Assembly: GCA_964394855.1 (NCBI GenBank)
Contig: CAYMZD010000003.1
Span: forward strand, 22,607-86,606
Source of the DNA: an uncultured Gammaproteobacteria bacterium
Lineage (GTDB): Bacteria; Patescibacteriota; Microgenomatia; Daviesbacterales; UBA10151
Direction: 5' to 3'
Length of the DNA stretch: 64,000 bases
A model generated the notes under the pieces. It searched no databases, was not told the DNA's origin, and worked only from the letters and a program-made list of their open reading frames with translations. A program made the translations under genes and the position numbers. Each line of letters opens with the position of its first letter. Within the stretch, counting starts at the first letter, position 1. Positions 46,497-55,414 of this stretch are shown here, one piece after another.

Positions 46497-47252
46497 TTAC
46501 ATCTTTTTAGCTATAATCATCAAATCAGAACCTAACCCCAGTTTGGTTAATATCCATGAAGGTAAGGCAGTGGCGACTTCCATAAAAAATCTTTTTTTAA
46601 AAGTTAAAAGTGACAAAATTATTCCCCCTATGGGATTTTCATAATCCCACACTCCAGAAGCTTTTTCGCTAAATTTTATTTTAAATCCTAATTTCTTTAA
46701 CAGAATTTCCAAAGATTTTTCTGTAAAATGCCAGAGATGTTCTTGAGGTAACAAAAGCGGCCAGTTTTTGCCCATTAATTTTGCCGAGAAGCCTCCAAAA
46801 TTGGGCACATCAATATAAAGTAATCCGCCGGGGTAGAGTAAACTTTTTACTTTTTTTATAACTTCCATAGGATTTTCCAAATGTTCCAAAGTATGATTTA
46901 AAATCACTAAATCAAATTTTCCGTCGATTTTAACCTGCATAAAATCCCTAACTAAAACTTGAATTCCTCTTTTTTTTGCAATTTCTGCTGCTTTAGTAGA
47001 AATTTCTATGCCTTCAACTTGCCATCCTCTTTTTTTAAGAAGGGCTAATATGACCCCGGTTGAACACCCTATTTCCAAAACCTTCCCGGGTTTAGTAAGT
47101 TTTGAGATAATATTCACTCTTTTTAAAAAAATATTTTGGAATAGATTTTCTGCTTTAATGTATGCTTCATCACGATAATATCCCCCTTTTTGACTACCTA
47201 AATCTTTGGTCATCCCCAAACCGCAATGTGGGCATTGATAAATATCCATCAT
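46497..47252 (-). CDS. Class I SAM-dependent methyltransferase
   Basis: CPHC, VLEIGCSTG, HTLEHL, VPN, EHLWHF. Start moved to the ATGA overlap. Confidence 0.9.
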   Translation of the reverse strand: MMDIYQCPHCGLGMTKDLGSQKGGYYRDEAYIKAENLFQNIFLKRVNIISKLTKPGKVLEIGCSTGVILALLKKRGWQVEGIEISTKAAEIAKKRGIQVLVRDFMQVKIDGKFDLVILNHTLEHLENPMEVIKKVKSLLYPGGLLYIDVPNFGGFSAKLMGKNWPLLLPQEHLWHFTEKSLEILLKKLGFKIKFSEKASGVWDYENPIGGIILSLLTFKKRFFMEVATALPSWILTKLGLGSDLMIIAKKM

Positions 47253-48070
47253 TTTATTAATCTCCTTTTGATTTTCTTTAGTGGGGTTTCCATAGCAGCT
47301 CGCGTTTTGTATAAAAAATCCGCTTTTTGCCAAGGTGAGGGAACAATTTTCGGCCTCTTAAGATAAAGTACTGATGGATATTTAAAATCTTTGGGGAAAG
47401 GTATTCCTAGCTCGTATTTGAACCTCATAATACGCTCCACCACTTGAGCATCTTTACTTGAGCGCCGAAGATGAGATGCATGTAAATATGGGGCATCTAC
47501 CACAGCTACCTCGTGAGGATCTCTTTCGTAAATTAATTTACCTTGCTTGTCAAAAAATCCTTCTCTTAAAAAACCTTGAGGATTAGGATGCACTTCTACA
47601 TGAAGTCCGGGGATATTTCTTTTAAAAACCCGCAAATTATAATGACCCACCCTTCCAGCTATGTGGTAGTCCCCTGCTATTTCTTCTTGATAGTGGTAAA
47701 CATCACCTAAAAGCATCAGAACGGGAACCACTATACATTCGGCTTTAGTTTTTTGAAGCTTCTGCCTTATTTTTTTTATTGAGCTATCCAACCAGATCTC
47801 ATCCCCATCCAAAAGCAACACCCAGTCAGATCTTGTTTCTTTAAGCATTTGCTGCCTTAGGTTGGCATGAGTAACCATTTCCGTATTGGCTGGAAACTGT
47901 CGCAAAACTATTTTGGGAGATTTAATAGTCTTAATAATCTCAACCGTCTGATCGGTTGATCCCAAATCATAAATTAAAATTTTATCCACAAAGTCTATTA
48001 CACTCATCAAAACAAACCAGATAAAATTCTCTTCGTTTCTCACAACCGTATTAGCCCAGACTGTTTTCAT
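47249..48070 (-). CDS. GT2 glycosyltransferase
   Basis: VRNEE, DLGSTD, LLDGDE. Confidence 0.88.
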   Translation of the reverse strand: MKTVWANTVVRNEENFIWFVLMSVIDFVDKILIYDLGSTDQTVEIIKTIKSPKIVLRQFPANTEMVTHANLRQQMLKETRSDWVLLLDGDEIWLDSSIKKIRQKLQKTKAECIVVPVLMLLGDVYHYQEEIAGDYHIAGRVGHYNLRVFKRNIPGLHVEVHPNPQGFLREGFFDKQGKLIYERDPHEVAVVDAPYLHASHLRRSSKDAQVVERIMRFKYELGIPFPKDFKYPSVLYLKRPKIVPSPWQKADFLYKTRAAMETPLKKIKRRLIK

Positions 48071-49299
48071 GCTTTTTTGAATTTATAAATCATCCAAATT
48101 ACAGAAGATACTAAGCTAAAAATTTGCGATACCAAAACCGCTAAAGCTACCCCCATCATACCTAATCGTAAAATTAAGAAATATCCCAAAAAGGCTAAAA
48201 TTAAAAGTTGTCCCAGCGAGATAAAGACAAAAACTTTTGGTTTGGCAAAATAATAAAAAATGGCCTGATGTGCGGGAGTGGCCATGAGAAAAATGAGCTG
48301 GCTTAAGAAAAGTATGGCAAATATATTAATACTTTCCCCAAAAGCCTGACCATAAAAAAACGGGATGGCAAAATGGGCAAGAGGTATTCCCAGAAGTCCC
48401 AACAGAGCCAGTCCTACACTCAAAAGCTGCAGTCGTTTTAAATAATTTAAGATTTCCTGTTTATCTTTAGCTGCAGATAGTTTAGGAGCTATTACCGTGG
48501 CCAAAGCAGCCACTAGTTGTGGGACTACCATAGTTAGCTGGTTAGCAGCAGAATAAATTCCTAAGGAAGAGGCGGAAACTAGACGAGCCAACAAAAAGGT
48601 ATCCAGACGAGAACTAACTGCCGATATAAGCGAAGTCGAAGCAACCCATTTGTTGTAGTGGAAAAAGTCTACCGCCACACTATTTTCGTCTTTGACTACC
48701 ATGAAGCGAGGTAAGAATAAAAGCCCCAGAAAAAAACCCAAAAAGGGGATGATAATATAAGCCAAAAGTACGCTCTCCACAGTAAATACAGCAAGAATTA
48801 AAACTAAAATTAACCGCAATCCATTTAAACCAATGTTTAAAAGACTCCAAATTACATAATGCTGCATGGCTTGTAAACTGTGGGAAACAAAAGAAAAAAG
48901 TAATGCTCCGCCTACACCAATGAGGGATAACCTTAAAGGTAACTCTAACTCAACTTTTCCAAACACAAAAGAAGAAATAAAGGGCATTAATAACCATCCT
49001 ACACCCAAGATAATTACCCAAACGGCTAATTTTATTTTGAGACCCAATTTCATAAATCTTAAAGCTTTATCTTGATCTGCATTGATATATCTACCAACGA
49101 AGCGAATTAAACCTGTATCTGTCCCCAAATCAGCGATATCGGCAATTAGAGTAAGTGTCGTAATGGCCAAGGTTAATATACCGAAACTAGCCGGACCTAA
49201 AAACCTGGCAACCAGAATATAAAATAAAAGCCCTAATAGACCATTTAAAAAAGTCCCCAAAAATGTAATGCCTGTTTGGCCTAAAGTTTTTGCAAACAT
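48067..49299 (-). CDS. wzx: Wzx-type oligosaccharide flippase
   Basis: About 12 TM; ARFLGPASFG, DLG, RLDTFLL, GIYSAA, FYG..F. Confidence 0.88.
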   Translation of the reverse strand: MFAKTLGQTGITFLGTFLNGLLGLLFYILVARFLGPASFGILTLAITTLTLIADIADLGTDTGLIRFVGRYINADQDKALRFMKLGLKIKLAVWVIILGVGWLLMPFISSFVFGKVELELPLRLSLIGVGGALLFSFVSHSLQAMQHYVIWSLLNIGLNGLRLILVLILAVFTVESVLLAYIIIPFLGFFLGLLFLPRFMVVKDENSVAVDFFHYNKWVASTSLISAVSSRLDTFLLARLVSASSLGIYSAANQLTMVVPQLVAALATVIAPKLSAAKDKQEILNYLKRLQLLSVGLALLGLLGIPLAHFAIPFFYGQAFGESINIFAILFLSQLIFLMATPAHQAIFYYFAKPKVFVFISLGQLLILAFLGYFLILRLGMMGVALAVLVSQIFSLVSSVIWMIYKFKKA

Positions 49300-49314
49300 C
49301 TAATCTTTAAAGTA

Positions 49315-51894
49315 TCACTTTCTACTTTTAAAAGAAAGCTGACTTAAACAATAAAGAAAAAGCCCAACAACTGTTATGGTAGATATCACCATGCCCACCT
49401 GGACGCGGTCTTGCGGTTTATAATAAAGTTTAAGGTTTCTTTTGCTTATATCACCCACCCCAAAACCGTTAATCATGGAGTACACTGGTAGAGATTTTAT
49501 GGGGGCGTTAGTTAATTTCCATCCTTTGCTAAAACGATCAGAGAAAATAATCCATTTAGCGCTACGGGGTAAATTAATTAAATATTCCGTAGGATTTTTC
49601 TCTTGATAATCTATTTTTAAAAGAGTTAGTTTGCTAAACTCCTCGACAAGTTTTTTCTCATCATCAGGTAGAGAAAATGTGGGGAATTTCTGAATAAGTT
49701 TATCCGCAAAACTCAAGGCTCTATCAAAGTCTGCTTGAGGGAAAAAGGCCACTGCATTAATAGCTTGAAATCCTCCTAAATTTTTAAAAGTTACTGTGTA
49801 GCGACCAGGAGAAAGCTGGATAGGGCCTGAAAAATCCCAGTTAAATCGAGAGCCTGTATTTTTAACAATCTTTTCTTTGCTGGCAAAATTAATCTTAAGT
49901 CCGGCTGAGTCAGTGGAGGATAATGAGCGGGTAGCCAGATAGTAATTATCTATTTTTTTAACATCGACCTGATACATCATTTCCTCGTCTTTAATTGAAG
50001 AAAAATCCAAACCATTTTTAAATCCCAGATCATCTGTGCTGATTCCGTTCTTTAGGAGTTCATATTTCCACCGCAGATATTGATCAGGGCTATATCTTCC
50101 CCAATGACCACTAATAAAATCACTTTTCTTTAAGAAAAAATCTTGTAAAAAGGAAAGTTCTAAATCCTTTTTACTGGCATTTTGAAAAACCAACAGAGCA
50201 GAATCTTCAGGCAAAGATAATAAGTCATTTGGATTAAGTAAACCGTCCTCCACAAATAAAGCTCCTATTTTAATAAAATCCCGCCCACCATAAAAACTTC
50301 CATCACCCACTACAATCGCAACTTTTTCCTGGCCATAAATTTTATCTCGAGGAGTTGATACCTGGTAAACTGGAAAGTGGAGTCCCCAATCCAGTTTTTT
50401 AAACCCCAGGCTATCTATAAATTCTAAGAAAAGTTTTCTATTTTCTATATCCTTTTCTGAAAAATCTTTCTGACGGGGAGATTCGGGGAAAAAAGCATAT
50501 TTGATACCCAAGACTTCAAACCAAGAGGTTAAGTTATCATCATGTAAAAAATTAAACAGATCATAAGTACCGGAAATATTTAGGGCAAATGGTATTTCTT
50601 TATAAAGTTCACTGGCTGATAAGCCTTCTTTAGCTAAACCACTAAAGCCAAAAGGCGACCGTTCGGGAAACCATACTGACCTAAAAAAAGATTCATCTTT
50701 TTGTAAATTTTGATAAATTTTTTGGTAATCTCTATCAAACTGCCTTCCAGATAAACTGCCTGATAAATTACCCAAAAGAGCCGGCCAAATAAGTACCAAA
50801 AGATATAAATAAACCAAGATGGCGAGAAGACGAGAATGGAAACCCGTCATTGTTTTAGCCAATAAAATACCTGCGATGAGGGTAGCAGGTATAAAAAATT
50901 TAGTGGAGTCCCTAAAAGCATAAGCCAGCGGAAAATAGTTTATCAAAAACTCAAAGACTCTACCCATGGGTCCAAAAGGAGCACTAATTAAAAGAACAAA
51001 ACTTAAGAATAAAATATAGAATAATAAATTTTCTTTTCTCTTTTTAAATAGAAGACTGCCAAATAAAAGAAATGGTAAAAAGATAAAATACCAAGGAATA
51101 GCATTAATTTTACCAAATTCATTTTGAGGAAAATGAGGGTTAAAAATGGTTAGACCATGAAGGATTGTGATAAAACTCGCTGGCAAATCATTCTCCAGCT
51201 GGGCAACTGTCCCTCCATTAAAACCATTAAAAATAAATGGTATTATCCAAAAGGCATCAAGTAAAATAGTTAAAAGCAAGACATAAATAATATTTTTTGA
51301 TAAGTTATTAAATTCCAGCAAAAAATAAGTTAACAAAGCTAACATAGCCACTCTTAAGTCCGAGTTGGTTAAAAAGAAAAAGGTGAGTACTGATAAAAGA
51401 ATTTTTCCTTTATTGAAAAAATAAAGAGTCAGGGGAAACAACCCATATGAGAGGGCCAGACCAATTTGACCTCCATCAATTAAAAGCAAAAAATAAGTGT
51501 TAAAAGTATATAAAAGACTACCAAGCGTAGCTGCTAAACGATTTTCTACAAATTTTTTAATGAAAAGCCAGGAGCCTACAGCGGCAAGGATGGTAGCGGG
51601 AAAATAAAAAATCAACCTGATGGCTATATCAGCAGTAACTCCCAGCTTTCCCAAAACAGCCATTAAAAAGGTTGGTAAATAAAGCCAAAGCACTTGGAAC
51701 TGTGGACCACCAAAATTGTCATTTCGAAAATCCCAGGCTAACGGTTTTTGTAAAAGGCTGGATAAATTTTCCGGGAAAAAATAAGGAGCATCACCAAAAG
51801 TAAGAGGACCGGGAAGGAAAAAAGCTTTAAATACCAAAAGGTATGGAATTATAATAATAAAAAGGGGCCAAAAATTAATCTTATTTTTTATCAC
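49315..51894 (-). CDS. Large multi-pass membrane protein (YfhO/AftD-like GT-C)
   Basis: N-terminal multi-TM domain (GD, FRD..KF), large external domain (GIKY, FSDRF..GW, NGF) and a C-terminal TM. Confidence 0.7.
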   Translation of the reverse strand: MIKNKINFWPLFIIIIPYLLVFKAFFLPGPLTFGDAPYFFPENLSSLLQKPLAWDFRNDNFGGPQFQVLWLYLPTFLMAVLGKLGVTADIAIRLIFYFPATILAAVGSWLFIKKFVENRLAATLGSLLYTFNTYFLLLIDGGQIGLALSYGLFPLTLYFFNKGKILLSVLTFFFLTNSDLRVAMLALLTYFLLEFNNLSKNIIYVLLLTILLDAFWIIPFIFNGFNGGTVAQLENDLPASFITILHGLTIFNPHFPQNEFGKINAIPWYFIFLPFLLFGSLLFKKRKENLLFYILFLSFVLLISAPFGPMGRVFEFLINYFPLAYAFRDSTKFFIPATLIAGILLAKTMTGFHSRLLAILVYLYLLVLIWPALLGNLSGSLSGRQFDRDYQKIYQNLQKDESFFRSVWFPERSPFGFSGLAKEGLSASELYKEIPFALNISGTYDLFNFLHDDNLTSWFEVLGIKYAFFPESPRQKDFSEKDIENRKLFLEFIDSLGFKKLDWGLHFPVYQVSTPRDKIYGQEKVAIVVGDGSFYGGRDFIKIGALFVEDGLLNPNDLLSLPEDSALLVFQNASKKDLELSFLQDFFLKKSDFISGHWGRYSPDQYLRWKYELLKNGISTDDLGFKNGLDFSSIKDEEMMYQVDVKKIDNYYLATRSLSSTDSAGLKINFASKEKIVKNTGSRFNWDFSGPIQLSPGRYTVTFKNLGGFQAINAVAFFPQADFDRALSFADKLIQKFPTFSLPDDEKKLVEEFSKLTLLKIDYQEKNPTEYLINLPRSAKWIIFSDRFSKGWKLTNAPIKSLPVYSMINGFGVGDISKRNLKLYYKPQDRVQVGMVISTITVVGLFLYCLSQLSFKSRK

Positions 51895-51916
51895 AGGCTA
51901 AATTGTAGCTAATTAT

Positions 51917-53308
51917 ATGCTAAACAACAACTTGAATGTAATCCTCTTAACTGTCTTTGCATTTATCCTCCGCCTGAAATTTATGTCTCCTTGGCTTGAG
52001 GACTGGGATTCAGTTCAGTTTGCCATTGCCATGGATTCTTACTCTTTATCCGAAGGGATACCGCATGCTCCAGGATACCCCCTATATATTTTGTTGGGTA
52101 AATTTTTATTTTTATTTTTTCATGATCATAATTTGTCTTTGTCTTTTTTAAGTAGCCTTTTAGGATCTTTATCTGTTGTGCCGCTTTACTTATTAGCCAA
52201 TAAGATGTTTAATCAAAAAGTAGCACTACTTTCAAGTCTAATATTTATTTTTTCTCCTGTTCACTGGACCCTGTCGGAAATTGCTCTTACCAATATGCCC
52301 GGTCAGTTTTTTCTCCTACTTTGGATCTATTTATTATACAAATTTATGAATAATTTTAAGGCAAAGGTAATGCTCTCGGGTTTGGCCGGTATCATTTTGG
52401 GGGTGCGGTTTACAGAATTTCCCATCATTATCTCTTTACTTATACTAATATCATTAAAAAAATTTAATATCAGAAAAGCTCTTTTTACTATCTGCTCGTT
52501 TTTTCTAGGATTAGCCTCATGGATGGTTCCTCTAATGTTAATAAGCGGGATTAATCAATTCCTTGAAAGTTATGGTTTTATTGCTAATTATATTTTTAAA
52601 CATGATGCTCTTTTAGACCAGGGAAGATACGGTCTTCAAACAATCAACATCAGATTTGAAAATTTTCTACTCCTACTTAAGTGGTCATATACAGTACCAT
52701 TTACGATACTCGGAACAATAACAGTTATTTTCGTAATAAAAAATCATTTATTTAGGGAGTTTAAATATTTATTCTTAAGTCTTTGGGCTGCTTCTTATCT
52801 ACTACCCCTCCTGTTTTTTTATAATCTAGAAGTTACTCGATATACTCTACCCCTTTTACCACCTCTGGCTATATTAACTACCACACAACTTTATAAATTA
52901 ACAAAAAATAAGATCGCTCTCGCTGGGGTAATAGGTATCATTTTGGGGTTTCTTATTTATCAGTCACAAGATCAGGTTAGGAGATTTAAAAATAGCGTTC
53001 CACCCACAGTTGCATCAGTAGATTATGTCAGGAAAAATTTTGCTCCACACAATACAACTATTATCCCCACAAATACTTTACGTCATTTCCAATATTATGG
53101 ATCAGAGTTTCCATTAATAGATTTAAAAAATGCCAATTACAATCAAGATTTCAAAAATAAAACTATCATCATAGATTTTCCCGGAACAAAAGATAAATTT
53201 AAGGAGTTATCAAACTATGATATAACTAAAAGGGTAGATTTTTTCGGAGATAAAGATATTTATAATAGAATAAATAAAGTTTCAATATATATTTTGAAAC
53301 CAAAATAA
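51917..53308 (+). CDS. GT-C membrane glycosyltransferase (PMT/DUF2723-like)
   Basis: DWDSVQF, PHAPGYPLY, RY.LP; multi-TM. Confidence 0.78.
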   Translation: MLNNNLNVILLTVFAFILRLKFMSPWLEDWDSVQFAIAMDSYSLSEGIPHAPGYPLYILLGKFLFLFFHDHNLSLSFLSSLLGSLSVVPLYLLANKMFNQKVALLSSLIFIFSPVHWTLSEIALTNMPGQFFLLLWIYLLYKFMNNFKAKVMLSGLAGIILGVRFTEFPIIISLLILISLKKFNIRKALFTICSFFLGLASWMVPLMLISGINQFLESYGFIANYIFKHDALLDQGRYGLQTINIRFENFLLLLKWSYTVPFTILGTITVIFVIKNHLFREFKYLFLSLWAASYLLPLLFFYNLEVTRYTLPLLPPLAILTTTQLYKLTKNKIALAGVIGIILGFLIYQSQDQVRRFKNSVPPTVASVDYVRKNFAPHNTTIIPTNTLRHFQYYGSEFPLIDLKNANYNQDFKNKTIIIDFPGTKDKFKELSNYDITKRVDFFGDKDIYNRINKVSIYILKPK

Positions 53309-53319
53309 GAAAATATTTT

Positions 53320-53955
53320 ATGAATAATAAACAGTTAAAAAAAATTTGGAACCAGGTTCCTCCTGATTACTATGAAGTGGGTATCAAGAGAAATTTTTTT
53401 CAATGGCTTTGGTTTTATTGGAAAGCCCAAAACTTAATTAATTTTATTAAAAATAAGGATTTTCACACCATACTTGATATAGGGTGTGCTGCGGGAACAT
53501 TAACTAATAAAGTTTCCCAAATATTACCTAATTCTAAAATCACTGGAGTAGATGTTTATTCTAGCGCACTAGCTTTCGGTAAAAAAAGATACCCTCATAT
53601 TAATTTTGTATTATCAGATGCTCATAAATTACCTTTTAAGAAAAACTCATTTGATTTAATTATTTGCATTGAAACAATTGAACACGTTTCTGATCCAGAA
53701 AAAGTCTTTATGGAAGTGAAACGTGTTCTTGGGCAAAACGGAACTTTTATTTTAATCATGGATTCTGGATCTTGGCTTTTTAGAATTGTCTGGGAAATAT
53801 GGGAAAAATCTAGGGGTAAAGTCTGGCAAGGAGCACATCTTCATCCTTTCCATCATAATGAATTGGAGAAATTGATTAAAAAATCAGGATTTAAAATTAT
53901 TAGAAAAAAATTTTCCAATCTGGGAATGGAAGTTTCTTTTGTATTGAAAAAATAA
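53320..53955 (+). CDS. Class I SAM-dependent methyltransferase
   Basis: ILDIGCAAG, DAHKLPF, ETIEHV. Confidence 0.92.
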   Translation: MNNKQLKKIWNQVPPDYYEVGIKRNFFQWLWFYWKAQNLINFIKNKDFHTILDIGCAAGTLTNKVSQILPNSKITGVDVYSSALAFGKKRYPHINFVLSDAHKLPFKKNSFDLIICIETIEHVSDPEKVFMEVKRVLGQNGTFILIMDSGSWLFRIVWEIWEKSRGKVWQGAHLHPFHHNELEKLIKKSGFKIIRKKFSNLGMEVSFVLKK

Positions 53956-53956
53956 C

Positions 53957-55405
53957 TTAATAGGGAAACCTAGCAAGCACTGGTAGGGCTTTATCATTAA
54001 AATCATTGGGTAATGGATTGATATCTTCAAAGTACACTTTAACACTCTTATCGTTAAATAGAAGTTGCAGGGCATTAGCTCCAGATAAAATATAAAAAGC
54101 CTGTTTAGATGAGCTACCCCACTCATCAGCTATAAAAGGATAATGAGGGTCATTTTTAAAATAGAAGATAGTTGACTTTACTGGATGAGGATATGTGTTT
54201 TTTACATCGGTCAGTAAAGCCTTGGCAGCCGTGGCTCTCTTGGCGGCCCAATAAGTAATCTTATTTAATTTACTAGTCTGATAAGAAATTATAAACAAGC
54301 CCAAGATAAAAAAAATCGCCCAAAATCTTAAAAATTTCTTTTGATAAAGTGGTGCTAAAAAGGTGGCCAATAGAAGAGAAAACCATACTAGCGGTAGTTC
54401 AAGATAATAAATAAACTTTTTTTGAGGAAATAATAAAAATGGGGAAATAGATACCAAAAATAAGCATATCAACAAGGTAGTCTTGCCCAAAGAGATCGCA
54501 AATTTCTTATATCTAACTAATAAAGTGATAATAGACGCAAAAAGGAAAAAAAGTGCGGGAACAACAATCTGGACATACCAAGGATACCACTTAATAAAAT
54601 TGGCATTGACGGTAAATTTCGGACCGACAAAATCTACTACCACCTCGGATATGCCAAAACTCCACAAAATATACCAACCCAAACTATTAATAAAAGTTTT
54701 TAAATTAAAAATTGGCTGGTAAACCGACTGGGGGGGCAAACTGGTAAACAAAGATGTAGAAATTAAATAAATAAAGGAGATTAAAAAATACCAAATGAGA
54801 TGAAGGGAAACTTTTTTATAAAGAAATATTTCTAAAATTAAAAGGATTATTGGCAAAGTAATGGCTATTTCATGGCTAAAAATAGCCAAGGAAAAAGAAA
54901 TTATCGACAAAATATAAAATTTTTGTTTTTGACTGGCTTTAAAAATTAAATAAAAAAGGGTGCAGAGTAAAATAAAAAAAGTCGCCAAAAGTGTTTGTAC
55001 TGATGCCAAATAATAGATCTCCACATTATGAACACTACTTAGTAAATAAATTAATACCGCTATACTTGCTGTGATTTGATTTTTGAAAATTTTATGGGCC
55101 AGCTGAAATAGCAACACACCAATAGCCACGATTAAAAAAAGATTAACCAGATGATAAGGAAACGGATTTAAATTAAATAATTTATACATTATCAAATTGA
55201 AAGTTTCTCTTGATAAAGGACGATAAAAAGCATATTCTGCCTGTTTTAAGATAAAGAAACCAGTAATGTCAGTTAACTCTTTATCTGCCACTGTGTTTAA
55301 ATGAAAAAAATCATCTTGGGAAAAATATGAAAAAAGAGCATTAAAATTTATAAATAAGATAAATAAAATACCCACTAAAAACATATAAATTAATTTAATG
55401 TTCAT
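53957..55405 (-). CDS. Multi-pass membrane protein, GT-C-like
   Basis: FSQDDF, YRPL, SHE; about 11 TM. Confidence 0.75.
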   Translation of the reverse strand: MNIKLIYMFLVGILFILFINFNALFSYFSQDDFFHLNTVADKELTDITGFFILKQAEYAFYRPLSRETFNLIMYKLFNLNPFPYHLVNLFLIVAIGVLLFQLAHKIFKNQITASIAVLIYLLSSVHNVEIYYLASVQTLLATFFILLCTLFYLIFKASQKQKFYILSIISFSLAIFSHEIAITLPIILLILEIFLYKKVSLHLIWYFLISFIYLISTSLFTSLPPQSVYQPIFNLKTFINSLGWYILWSFGISEVVVDFVGPKFTVNANFIKWYPWYVQIVVPALFFLFASIITLLVRYKKFAISLGKTTLLICLFLVSISPFLLFPQKKFIYYLELPLVWFSLLLATFLAPLYQKKFLRFWAIFFILGLFIISYQTSKLNKITYWAAKRATAAKALLTDVKNTYPHPVKSTIFYFKNDPHYPFIADEWGSSSKQAFYILSGANALQLLFNDKSVKVYFEDINPLPNDFNDKALPVLARFPY

Positions 55406-55414
55406 TTTAATATT

